NCBI GenBank assembly: GCA_963664325.2
Contig: CAXXDQ010000003.1
Location: 32,001 to 96,000 of the forward strand
Reading direction: 5' to 3'
Length of the DNA stretch: 64,000 nucleotides
Source: Desulfomonilia bacterium
GTDB taxonomy: Bacteria > Desulfobacterota > Desulfomonilia > UBA1062
Shown here: positions 20,036 through 28,919 of the stretch, piece by piece
Numbering within the stretch: the stretch's first letter is position 1
How the letters are laid out: each line of letters begins with the position of its first letter
Notes under the pieces: generated by a model
What the model was told of the DNA's origin: nothing
The model's input: the letters and a program-made list of their open reading frames with translations, nothing else
The model's database searches: none
Program-made: the position numbers and the translations under genes

Positions 20036-20748
20036 TCGTCATACCTGCAATCGATTTGCACCACGGGAAGGTGGTCCGGCTTAAAAAGGGCGATTTCAAT
20101 GCGGTTACCATTTACAGCGATTCGGTTGCTTCAATCGCCAGAACCTTTGAAGAGGCGGGCGCCAGTCGCATCCATGTGGTCGACCTCGACGGCTCGCTTG
20201 AGGGCAGGCGCATAAATGCCGATTCGATAAAGGCGATATGCGATGCAGTGAATGTGGAAGTGGAGCTGGGCGGCGGGATAAGGACGCTGGCCAATGCCGA
20301 TGAGGCGTTCGGACTGGGCGTGTCCTATGTTATTTTAGGGACCGTCGTTATAAGTGATCCTGAAGCCGCAAAAGAGATACTCAGCGCCTTTCCGGGTAAG
20401 GCGGGCCTCGGGATAGACGCCAGGGACGGCAAGGTCGCCACGGCGGGCTGGACAGAGACCTCAACCATGGATGTCCTGGAGGTTGCAAGGGAGTTCGAGG
20501 ATTCGAATCCCGCCTTCATAGTCTATACCGATATCAGCCGCGACGGCATGCTGACAGGCCCCGATGTCGAGGCGACTGAAAAACTGGCCTCATCGGTTAA
20601 GACGCCGGTTATAGCCTCGGGCGGCGTGTCGAGCCTGGAGGATCTGATTGAACTCAACAAAATAAAAGGCCTTTATGGCGCGATAACAGGCAAGGCCATA
20701 TATGAAGGCAAACTCGACCTGAGACAGGCCATTAAAGATATAAAGTAA
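20032..20748 (+). CDS. hisA: ProFAR isomerase
   Basis: IPAIDLHHGKVVRLKKG, IHVVDLDG, GGGIR, YTDISRDGMLTGPD, ASGGV. Confidence 0.96.
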   Translation: MIVIPAIDLHHGKVVRLKKGDFNAVTIYSDSVASIARTFEEAGASRIHVVDLDGSLEGRRINADSIKAICDAVNVEVELGGGIRTLANADEAFGLGVSYVILGTVVISDPEAAKEILSAFPGKAGLGIDARDGKVATAGWTETSTMDVLEVAREFEDSNPAFIVYTDISRDGMLTGPDVEATEKLASSVKTPVIASGGVSSLEDLIELNKIKGLYGAITGKAIYEGKLDLRQAIKDIK

Positions 20749-20790
20749 CATTTTCATTTAAATAAAGGCATGATGTGACAAAGTTTTGAT

Positions 20791-20857
20791 AGAACTGGAC
20801 AGGGATAAAGAACTCAAAAGTAAAGTCGGCTCTATTTTGTCAAGAATAAAGGCCTGA
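20791..20857 (+). pseudogene. 3'-end remnant of a paralogous Y1 transposase, including the right terminal repeat
   Basis: 60/67 nt identical to 22102-22168 with the last 26 nt identical; translates ELDRDKELKSKVGSILSRIKA* vs ELDKDKKLKRKVETILSRIKA*. Confidence 0.85.
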
Positions 20858-20886
20858 TACGATAGGTTCACAGGGGTGGGTAGATA

Positions 20887-21123
20887 TTGATGATTACATG
20901 TTCAAAATGCGGTACAAGTTATAAACATATTAAAAAGGAGACAATGGGATGGATATTGCTTTTGTTTGAACTACTATTTATTTGTTTGTTTGGTATGATA
21001 AATATCGTTGATTCTATTCTCATAATTCCTGGAATATATTGGATAATTACAAAACCATCAAAGAAGTTTATTTGTAGAAAATGTTGTCCAAATGGGAAAT
21101 TACCAGTGGAGCCAAGGGTGTGA
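20887..21123 (+). CDS. AT-rich small membrane protein with a split Zn-ribbon (CxxC - hydrophobic hairpin - CxxC); probable cargo
   Basis: CSKC...long hydrophobic segment...CRKC; G-rich RBS-like sequence upstream; visibly AT-rich. Confidence 0.6.
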   Translation: MMITCSKCGTSYKHIKKETMGWILLLFELLFICLFGMINIVDSILIIPGIYWIITKPSKKFICRKCCPNGKLPVEPRV

Positions 21124-21180
21124 TACCGACCGATAATGTGTCACCCCAATTTGAAAAGTTATGCAGCGAACCAAATGGTG

Positions 21181-22168
21181 TCAGGCCTTTAAGCTTGACA
21201 ATTCTGTTGATTGGGTTTAGGTTTTTGACATGGGAAGGCCGTTGAGAATCGAATATCCCGGAGCACTGTATCATATAGCCAGCCGGGGCAACGAAAGGTC
21301 GGACATATTCAGGGATGACGCCGACAGATTGAAGTTTCTGGACATGCTCAAGGATTACCATGAAAGGTTCGGCATCCTCATTCATTGCTATGTATTGATG
21401 GATAATCATTATCATCTTGTCGTTGAAACCCCCATGGGCAATATCCTCAAGGTGATGCACGGACTCAACAGCGGGTATACGGGATATTTCAACAGAAAAT
21501 ACAATCGGTCGGGACATCTTTTCCAGGGCAGATACAAGGCGGTCATTGTGGATAAGGAAAGCTATCTGATCGAATTGTCCAGATATGTCCACCTCAATCC
21601 GGTCAGGGCCGGGATGGTCGAACATCCCGAACAGTATGCCTGGAGCAGCTATAAGGGGTACTTGCAGAAGAAGGATTCATCAGACTGGGTGGAGTATTCC
21701 TGGATTCTGGGGGCGTTCGGGAACAGAAATCAGCGCAGGCATTACAAGGAATACGTATCACTGGGAACATCAGAAAGCCCGATGAAAAAACTTTACGGCC
21801 AGATCGTGCTTGGCTCCGAAGAATTCATATCAAGACTAAAAAAGGTATTGCCGAAGGACAGCGGCGAAGGGGTATTGAAGAAGAGGCAATTAAATTCCTG
21901 TTCCGATCCGCATACGATTCTTAAGATAACCGCCGAAGAGTTCGGTATGACACCTGACGAGCTGAAGACGAAGGGCGTTCACAGGGATACCGCAATATAT
22001 CTTGTGAGGAGATATTCCGGGCTGGGCAACAACGGGACCGGCGAGTTGTTCGGTGGCATGCATTATACGGCAGTGAGCAGGCTGTGCACCGGTTTTTCAA
22101 AAGAACTGGACAAGGACAAAAAACTCAAAAGAAAAGTCGAGACTATTTTGTCAAGAATAAAGGCCTGA
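21181..22168 (+). mobile_element. Y1-transposase element bounded by 21-bp imperfect terminal inverted repeats
   Basis: Left TCAGGCCTTTAAGCTTGACAA (21181-21201) vs reverse complement of right TTGTCAAGAATAAAGGCCTGA (22148-22168): 19/21. Confidence 0.75.
21230..22168 (+). CDS. HUH Y1 tyrosine transposase (RAYT/IS200-like) with a C-terminal DnaA domain IV-like HTH
   Basis: YHIASRGNERSDIF, LMDNHYHL (HUH), GHLFQGRY, RYVHLNPVRAG (catalytic Tyr), WSSY; tail AEEFGMTPDELK...RDTAIYLVRRY...GELFGGMHYTAVS. Confidence 0.92.
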   Translation: MGRPLRIEYPGALYHIASRGNERSDIFRDDADRLKFLDMLKDYHERFGILIHCYVLMDNHYHLVVETPMGNILKVMHGLNSGYTGYFNRKYNRSGHLFQGRYKAVIVDKESYLIELSRYVHLNPVRAGMVEHPEQYAWSSYKGYLQKKDSSDWVEYSWILGAFGNRNQRRHYKEYVSLGTSESPMKKLYGQIVLGSEEFISRLKKVLPKDSGEGVLKKRQLNSCSDPHTILKITAEEFGMTPDELKTKGVHRDTAIYLVRRYSGLGNNGTGELFGGMHYTAVSRLCTGFSKELDKDKKLKRKVETILSRIKA

Positions 22169-22181
22169 CGTTAAAGGTTCC

Positions 22182-23516
22182 TTAAAAAAGATAGTAGCGC
22201 AGCCAGATATAAAGCATCGAGATAATTACCGACTCTATCATCAGCGGCATGCCGTAGAGCATGAAACGCATAAATGTTACAGGCCTGCCCATCTTTTCTG
22301 CGATGCCGACGACAATCACATTGGCTGATGCCCCTATGGCGGTGCCGTTGCCGCCGAGGCAGGCGCCGAGCGCCAGCGACCACCATACGGGCATAAGCCC
22401 CTGGTTGTGAAGAAGGGCGGCACCCGAGAGATCAGGCCAGAGCTGTTTCGCCATGTCTATTATGAGCGGGTTCATGGTCGCCACATAAGGGATGTTGTCC
22501 ACAAAGGCCGAGGCGAATGCGGAAAACCACAGCACGGCCATGCTTGTCCCGAACAGGTTTCCGTGGGTCAGGGCCAGGAGCTTTACAGAAAGCCATTTGA
22601 TAAGCCCCACCTTTACAACGGCGCCGATTATTATAAAGAGCCCTATGAAGAAGAACAGGGAACTCCATTCAACCTCGGCGAACAGCCTGTGAGGATCTTT
22701 AGTCCCGGATATGAGCAGCAGGCAGGCGGCCCCAGACAGGGCGATGGTGGCCGGTTCCATATGAAGTGTGCCGTGAAAGACAAACCCGGCCATTGTCAGT
22801 ATGATGACAACCAGAGATTTTATAAGAAGCCTTCTGTCTTTGATGGCCTCCTTTTCATTCATTGCCATGACGCGAAGTCTCAGCTCCTCCCTGACCGTAA
22901 GCCTTTTTGCAAAGACGATCCACAGGGTGAGGACATAGGCCGCAAGGATGATCATTATCACCGGTGTGAGATTATTGATGAAGTCCATGAATGTGAGGCC
23001 CGCCTTTGAGGCTATCATTATATTAGGCGGATCACCGATGAGCGTTGCCGTCCCTCCAATGTTTGAGGCTATCGCCTCAGTAATCAGATAGGGCACCACG
23101 TCGATCTCAAGCGCCTGGCATATGAGCAGGGTCACCGGTGCTATCAGCAGCACGGTGGTGACATTGTCGAGAAAAGCCGAGATGATGGCCGTCACAACAG
23201 AGAAGATGGCCATTATCCTGAAAGGCCTGCCTTTTGCAAGTTTTGCGCTTTTGATGGCGATGTATTCGAAAACGCCTGTAGGCCTCATTATGTTGATTAT
23301 CACCATCATGGCGAAAAGAAGGAATATGACGTTCCAGTCCACGCCGAATTCCGTTGAATGGAAAGCCTCTTCCTGGGTGAGAATTCCCAGTACTATGATT
23401 AATGAAGCACCGGCGAGCGCCACTACTGTTTTGTGAATTCTCTCCGATATTATCAGGGCATAGGCTAAAATAAAAACAGCAGTTGCCATAATGAAAACGG
23501 GTGTGAAGCTTATCAT
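22182..23516 (-). CDS. ArsB/NhaD family anion/cation transporter
   Basis: SAFLDNVTTVL, ASNIGGTATLIGDPPNIMI, SAFVDNIP, GGNGTAIGASAN; many TM segments. Confidence 0.9.
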   Translation of the reverse strand: MISFTPVFIMATAVFILAYALIISERIHKTVVALAGASLIIVLGILTQEEAFHSTEFGVDWNVIFLLFAMMVIINIMRPTGVFEYIAIKSAKLAKGRPFRIMAIFSVVTAIISAFLDNVTTVLLIAPVTLLICQALEIDVVPYLITEAIASNIGGTATLIGDPPNIMIASKAGLTFMDFINNLTPVIMIILAAYVLTLWIVFAKRLTVREELRLRVMAMNEKEAIKDRRLLIKSLVVIILTMAGFVFHGTLHMEPATIALSGAACLLLISGTKDPHRLFAEVEWSSLFFFIGLFIIIGAVVKVGLIKWLSVKLLALTHGNLFGTSMAVLWFSAFASAFVDNIPYVATMNPLIIDMAKQLWPDLSGAALLHNQGLMPVWWSLALGACLGGNGTAIGASANVIVVGIAEKMGRPVTFMRFMLYGMPLMIESVIISMLYIWLRYYLF

Positions 23517-23546
23517 TTCAGAAACAGGTCCTCTAAAACACATTCT

Positions 23547-24026
23547 TTATTCCCCGTTTTTTCCAGCTATTGCATCGGCAACAGTAAAGAATATGTCGGA
23601 TTCATACAGCATGCCCGTAAGCCTTCCCTCCGAATCAACCACGGGCAGCGTCGAGATGGAATACCTGAGTATATGGTCGACGCACTCCATGAGAGGGTCG
23701 TCTTCCTTAACGGCGGTAGCGGGCGGGTTCATGATCTCTGAAATCTTTTTGCCGGAGGCTTCCTTTGCGAGCGTTTCGAGCATCCCGTCCCAGGTGAAAA
23801 GGCTCAGGTCTGAAAGTGATAAGTATGACGGGTAAACGGCCCTTAATATGTCCCTTATCGAAACAATGCCTGCCAGCTTTCCATTATCATTAAGCACTGG
23901 GAGGCTCTTTGATGAAGAGGTCCGGTCCTGTTCGCGGTGGGTCCTCAGCATCAATACAAAATCTTTTATCTCGTGTTCGGGTTTCAGGTAGAGCGAAACA
24001 GGGACCATAATGTCATGTGCTTTCAT
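23547..24026 (-). CDS. CBS-domain pair protein
   Basis: LPVLNDNGKLAGIVSIRDIL and LPVVDSEGRLTGMLYESDI. Confidence 0.88.
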   Translation of the reverse strand: MKAHDIMVPVSLYLKPEHEIKDFVLMLRTHREQDRTSSSKSLPVLNDNGKLAGIVSIRDILRAVYPSYLSLSDLSLFTWDGMLETLAKEASGKKISEIMNPPATAVKEDDPLMECVDHILRYSISTLPVVDSEGRLTGMLYESDIFFTVADAIAGKNGE

Positions 24027-24053
24027 GGGCACCTCCGTCTGAATTCCTTTGTG

Positions 24054-24692
24054 TTACAGGCTTGCATTTCGCCATTTTCTTACCGAGTTGATGAAGTATA
24101 TCCGCGAGCAGTCTTCAAGGGTGTCAGCCTTAATCACCCTTTCGGAAATTACGCCCGCTTTTATTAGCGAACTTCTGAACGTGCCGTCTAAAAGTCCGCA
24201 GGAAACAGGAGGGGTGAAGAGCTTTCGGCCAATTTCAGCGACTATGTTCGAAGAGCTGCCCTCGGTTATCTCTCCGCGCTCGTTATATAAAATGACGTCA
24301 TCAAAGCCGGGCCGGGAGGCCCTGGCCTCTTCATAAACCCGGCGGTTTGTTGTCTTGTGATAAAGGAACACATTGCCGGAATCGACAGGTGTTTCCGCCA
24401 GTGCGACCCTTATAGGCGCAACAGGTTTTACAGGTTCGGAAACTATTTCGATCCCGCCGTCATGCGCCAGAAGTATCTTGACCTTGCATGGTTTCTTCTC
24501 GAGCCTTCGGGCAAATTTATCGAGCAATGCGAGGGACTTGTCTTTAAAAAAAGGATAGCAAAAGTATCCGGCGGATGCCGATATCCTGGACATATGTTCT
24601 TCAAGGAGAAAATATCCATCCTCAGGCGTGAACAGGATAGATTCCAGGAGCCTGAATTCAGGAAGGTTGCGGGTGAGGACTTTCTCTTTCAT
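24054..24692 (-). CDS. Class IV aminotransferase / aminodeoxychorismate lyase (PabC-like)
   Basis: LEEHMSRI, HKTTNR (PLP Lys), GEITEGSSSNI, TPPVSCGLLDGTFR, NSVR. Confidence 0.8.
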   Translation of the reverse strand: MKEKVLTRNLPEFRLLESILFTPEDGYFLLEEHMSRISASAGYFCYPFFKDKSLALLDKFARRLEKKPCKVKILLAHDGGIEIVSEPVKPVAPIRVALAETPVDSGNVFLYHKTTNRRVYEEARASRPGFDDVILYNERGEITEGSSSNIVAEIGRKLFTPPVSCGLLDGTFRSSLIKAGVISERVIKADTLEDCSRIYFINSVRKWRNASL

Positions 24693-24728
24693 ATGGTACG
24701 CCTCGTGTTCATATTGAGTTTCCAGTTC

Positions 24729-25529
24729 TCAGACAAGTCCATTTGTATATCCGGCAACAATGAACCGATAACCCCAGTCTATTGAATCAAGATTAAGCAC
24801 ATGTCCATACTGTTGTACCCAGCTGCCGTTGGCAAGGTCATTTTGAAGTTTCTCAATGCCGCAGCGAACCTGAGCCTTATCGGCAACTGCAAAACCTGAC
24901 ATGGCCTGCCTCACATTCTTGTTCAGATAAGCGGACGGCTCTCTCCAGAAAGCGGCAAGAAACTTGTCATTAAGATCAGGCGGCAGCCTGAACACATATG
25001 CCCTGGCCCTGTTTCCTGTTGCCTCTGCAAACAAACTCACCAGTTCATTTACCGGAGGGAAAATCCTCATGGCATCCGCCCATATTTCAGGGAAGTAATC
25101 AGCTATCCATGGGTTTTGAGCTTTACGCGGATCGAATGTAAACCATACTATGGGTCCTTCGGGGCATATACGGTTCATTTCACTTAATGATTCTGGAATT
25201 GAAGTGAAATGATGGCTGGCCATTATGCTGACAACCGCGTCAACCGATGCATCCGCTAACGGTATGTTTTCAGCAACGCCTTTGATCCACTCTACTTTAC
25301 TATTCTTGACGGATTGGTTTTTCATTGTTTCCGAGGGCTCGACTGCTTTTACAAAAAACCCATGGTCGGCCATCGCATTGGCGTAATTTCCGGAACCTGC
25401 GCCGATGTCGGCGATTATTGAGTTTCCGGGGATGTTCAGATAATCCATGATGCAACTGACAATCCTGTGATCCGCCCTGCGGTGTATGGAATAATTCTTA
25501 CCGATTTTATCATAGAGAACAGGTTTCAT
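24729..25529 (-). CDS. Class I SAM-dependent methyltransferase
   Basis: IADIGAGSGNY, AVEPS, GVAENIPLADASVD, HHF. Confidence 0.88.
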   Translation of the reverse strand: MKPVLYDKIGKNYSIHRRADHRIVSCIMDYLNIPGNSIIADIGAGSGNYANAMADHGFFVKAVEPSETMKNQSVKNSKVEWIKGVAENIPLADASVDAVVSIMASHHFTSIPESLSEMNRICPEGPIVWFTFDPRKAQNPWIADYFPEIWADAMRIFPPVNELVSLFAEATGNRARAYVFRLPPDLNDKFLAAFWREPSAYLNKNVRQAMSGFAVADKAQVRCGIEKLQNDLANGSWVQQYGHVLNLDSIDWGYRFIVAGYTNGLV

Positions 25530-25809
25530 GTCGATTATGTTTAATACATTTTCAGCAAAAAACACACTACAAGTAGGCGTACATAATCCCAAAGGTGTTT
25601 TAGAGCGAAGTCCTTAGAAATTCTTGCCAATGAACGCTTTCACTTAAAAATAATTTGCTTAAAAAAACTAATGACCTTAATCTGGGCTTCCGGCTTTCAT
25701 TTTCAGTCATAAAAAATCTTTGAACTTTGTAAAATTCAATGGACGTTTCAATAAGCTTTTTATTGAATATAAGTAAAAAATCATAATAGATACTTTCAAG
25801 GAGAGGCTG

Positions 25810-26673
25810 ATGGAAATAAGCTCGTCTTTTATCGGAACCATATTGAAACCGCTTAAAAAAACAGTCACGCTACGGGATGTTATGAACTACGCGGCAGGGG
25901 TGTTTGATGCAAATCCCTGCTATCTCGACGATGAAAGACCCGGGGGCATCATTGCACCGCCCATGTTTGCAGTAAGGCTTACATGGCCCGTAATCGGCAA
26001 CATCCGGGATTATATCGAGGATGCAAGCTTCCCCGGGGAACTGCTGACGACAATCGTACATTATACGGAACACATCAGGTTTTCAGGGCCTGTCAGACCC
26101 GGGGATGAGATTGAGATAAAAGGGGAGATTGCAGCCATCCTTCCCCGCAGCACGGGAACGCATATCGTTCTCAGACTAACAGCTTCTGATAACAAGGGGA
26201 ATCATGTCTTCACCGAACACATCGGCGGCATGCTCAGGGGGGTCACCTGTACGGATAAGGGAAGGGGTGCGGAGGACCTGCCTGTATTGCCCGGATTTGA
26301 TAACTCGGTAGCGGCCTGGGAGAAATCTGTCAGGATAGACCCCCTCGCCGCTCACATCTATGACGGTTGTGCTGATATTCACTTCCCCATACATACGTCC
26401 CCGGGATTCGCTCATTTGGTCGGTCTTCCGGGCATCATCCTTCAGGGGACTGCAACCCTGGCGTATGCCGTGAGGGAAATTACGAATGCCGAGGCAGCAG
26501 GCGATCCCTCAAGGATAAATACGATTGCATGCAGATTTAAAGGAATGGTGATGCCGGGCACGGATATTAATATCAGGCTCCTTCATAAAAACGGCAAAGG
26601 CGGGTTTTTCTTCGATGTGCTTAACGACAAGGGAATGCAGGCCATAGGCAACGGTTATATTAATATTGCATAA
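25810..26673 (+). CDS. Double hot-dog MaoC-like (R)-enoyl-CoA hydratase
   Basis: IAPPMFA; YDGCADIHFPIH...ILQGTAT hydratase-2-like motif; RFKGMVMPG. Confidence 0.8.
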   Translation: MEISSSFIGTILKPLKKTVTLRDVMNYAAGVFDANPCYLDDERPGGIIAPPMFAVRLTWPVIGNIRDYIEDASFPGELLTTIVHYTEHIRFSGPVRPGDEIEIKGEIAAILPRSTGTHIVLRLTASDNKGNHVFTEHIGGMLRGVTCTDKGRGAEDLPVLPGFDNSVAAWEKSVRIDPLAAHIYDGCADIHFPIHTSPGFAHLVGLPGIILQGTATLAYAVREITNAEAAGDPSRINTIACRFKGMVMPGTDINIRLLHKNGKGGFFFDVLNDKGMQAIGNGYINIA

Positions 26674-26760
26674 TCATGGAAAATAAAGACAAACACCATT
26701 GCCGCTATTGGAGGAGAAAGCGGTTTCCTTGCGGGTTTCAATTGGGTTTATGGTTCGATT

Positions 26761-27417
26761 TCAGGACACTTTCGGTATAACCGTGAACATGACCGCAAAA
26801 AAGTGTGAAACGCTGCCGCCAAGGACGAACAGGTGCCAGATGGCGTGGTTGAAGGGGAGCCTTTCCCAGGCATAAAAGATCACGCCGAAGGTATATGAGA
26901 GCCCGCCCGCGACAAGGAATATGAGGCCGGAAGTCGGCAGAAGCGAGAACATGGGCTTGAATGCAACCACCCCTATCCATCCCATGGCGATATAGAGTAT
27001 GAGGCTCAATATCTCGAATTTCATCTTTGTAAGGGTCTGCAGCAGCACACCCAGCACGGCCAGGCCCCATATGATGCCGAAGAGCGTCCATCCCTGGCCG
27101 CCCTTAAGCGTTACAAGGGTGAAGGGCGTATATGTGCCTGCTATCAGAAGGAATATGGCCGAGTGGTCGAAGACCCTGAACACCTTTTTCACCTTCTTGT
27201 TCTGTATGGCGTGGTAAAGGGTTGAAGCGGTATAGAGAATGATCAGGGTGGCGCCGAATATGCTGCATCCGACGATATGGCGGGCGGTGCCGAAGACCGC
27301 TGCAAACGCCGTGAGTATGGCTAGCGCCGCTATTGCCAGCACTATGCCGATGCCATGTGTTATACTGTGTGCAATTTCCTCTGAGAATTTATATTTAGGA
27401 AGTGCGATTCCAGGCAT
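26761..27417 (-). CDS. Hemolysin III / PAQR family membrane protein (TrhA/YqfA-like)
   Basis: EEIAHSITHGIG, STLYHA, DHSAIFLLIAGTYTP, HAIWHLFVLGG. Confidence 0.92.
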   Translation of the reverse strand: MPGIALPKYKFSEEIAHSITHGIGIVLAIAALAILTAFAAVFGTARHIVGCSIFGATLIILYTASTLYHAIQNKKVKKVFRVFDHSAIFLLIAGTYTPFTLVTLKGGQGWTLFGIIWGLAVLGVLLQTLTKMKFEILSLILYIAMGWIGVVAFKPMFSLLPTSGLIFLVAGGLSYTFGVIFYAWERLPFNHAIWHLFVLGGSVSHFFAVMFTVIPKVS

Positions 27418-27646
27418 TATCGGCTCCTTAAAGGTTATTCGACTGGCAGGATTAGCATATAATATCTTAAACATCAAAGGGCATTTGCTTTATGCGGATC
27501 AAGACTTTCGCAGATCAGGAACATGCCTATGCATAGGCGTATATTCATAGGTTTTTATCGATCTGTTAATTAAAGCGAATTGAAAAGAGATGCCGGAACT
27601 GTATAATATAATCCGAACACGGGAATTATGCTTGAAGGAGACTGTT

Positions 27647-28531
27647 ATGCCGGAAGCGTTTATACGCTATATGAGTGCAACACCGAAGGATATGAAAGAG
27701 GCGATCGGGAAGGCGCCTTTTGCATATATTCCGCTCGGCGCGCTTGAATGGCACGGGGAGCAGAATGTGCTCGGTCTTGACAGCATAAAGGCTGAATTTA
27801 TCTGCGAACGTGCCGCTGAGCTGACGGGCGGCGTGGTTTTCCCGGTTATCCAGTGGGGGGCCTATGACCCGCTCAATTTTCCCTATACATTCAGGTTTCC
27901 GAGATGTCTCATGCGCAGGATGCTTGAAAGCATTGCCGTGCAGCTAAAGGAGATGGGATTTGAAGTGGCCGTGTTTCTTTCCGGCCATTACCCGCCCACC
28001 CAGATCAGGCACCTCAAGGGGATGTCGAGGCGGTTTTCGAAAAGGCATCGCGGTTTTCATGTACTGGGCCTGCCGGAGTTTGTCCTTGCAGGCGATATCG
28101 ACTACCTGGGCGATCATGCCGCCATGTGGGAGACGTCAATGATGATGGCTATCGACCCTGCACTGGTGCATCTTGAAAACCTGCCTGAAGATATAAATTT
28201 TGCCGAACGCGCTATCAGACACGGGGTATTCGGCAGGCACCCCCGCATGGGCGCATCTGCAGGACTCGGGGAACTCGCCCTCGACACGATTGCATCAAGA
28301 CTGGGAGGACTTGTTTTAAAGGTCTATGAAAGCCGGTCTCTTGAGCCGTATGAAAAAGCCTTGAAGGAATTTGACAGGATTTACTATGGGACATTCAATC
28401 CTTTCGGGCTAAAGAAGATTTTTGCAAACCAGGGCATTACATCGGCAAGGGACGGATTTGAATTTTTCTGGTGGTCACTCTTTAAAAAGGGAAAATACAA
28501 TTCTGGTTACCGGTACCCCGGCAAAAGGTAA
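27647..28531 (+). CDS. Creatininase family amidohydrolase
   Basis: PLGALEWHG...LGLD, SGHY, DHAAMWETS. Confidence 0.85.
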   Translation: MPEAFIRYMSATPKDMKEAIGKAPFAYIPLGALEWHGEQNVLGLDSIKAEFICERAAELTGGVVFPVIQWGAYDPLNFPYTFRFPRCLMRRMLESIAVQLKEMGFEVAVFLSGHYPPTQIRHLKGMSRRFSKRHRGFHVLGLPEFVLAGDIDYLGDHAAMWETSMMMAIDPALVHLENLPEDINFAERAIRHGVFGRHPRMGASAGLGELALDTIASRLGGLVLKVYESRSLEPYEKALKEFDRIYYGTFNPFGLKKIFANQGITSARDGFEFFWWSLFKKGKYNSGYRYPGKR

Positions 28532-28537
28532 GTTCTT

Positions 28538-28912
28538 TTATTTTCCACCCTTCAGTAGCTTGTCGAGTCCGGCAAAGGCCTTGAAGGTTGTGGAGCTTCC
28601 GGCAGACCTGTCCTGTCCGGAACTGCCGTATTCACCCTCGCCTGAAAGTATCGAATGCTCGTTGTCGTGGCAGTAGATGCACAGGAGCTCCCAGTTGCTG
28701 CCGTCGGGCGGGTTGTTGTCATGGTTGTGGTCCTTGTGGTGAACAGTAAGCTCCTTGAGCTTTTTGCCCTCGAATTCACGGCCGCAGCGCCCGCAGACAT
28801 GCGGGAAAAGTCTGAGCGCGCGCTCCCGGTAGGTTTTTTCGCGTTCCTGCTGAAGCTTTTTTGCCTCGGCAATTATATCGGAGGCGGTGTCTTTATTTCT
28901 GTTTTGAGGCAT
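28538..28912 (-). CDS. yajD: YajD-family HNH nuclease
   Basis: YRERALRLFPHVCGRCGREF...LTVHHKDHNHDNNPPDGSNWELLCIYCHDNEH. Confidence 0.88.
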   Translation of the reverse strand: MPQNRNKDTASDIIAEAKKLQQEREKTYRERALRLFPHVCGRCGREFEGKKLKELTVHHKDHNHDNNPPDGSNWELLCIYCHDNEHSILSGEGEYGSSGQDRSAGSSTTFKAFAGLDKLLKGGK

Positions 28913-28919
28913 GCTTTTA

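Noticed and set aside
27647-28531. Creatininase as mycofactocin MftE or a RiPP maturase
   Set aside because: No precursor peptide, RRE protein or radical SAM gene nearby.
28538-28912. HNH nuclease as a defence or mobile gene
   Set aside because: It matches the widespread stand-alone YajD type, has host-like composition and no defence neighbours.
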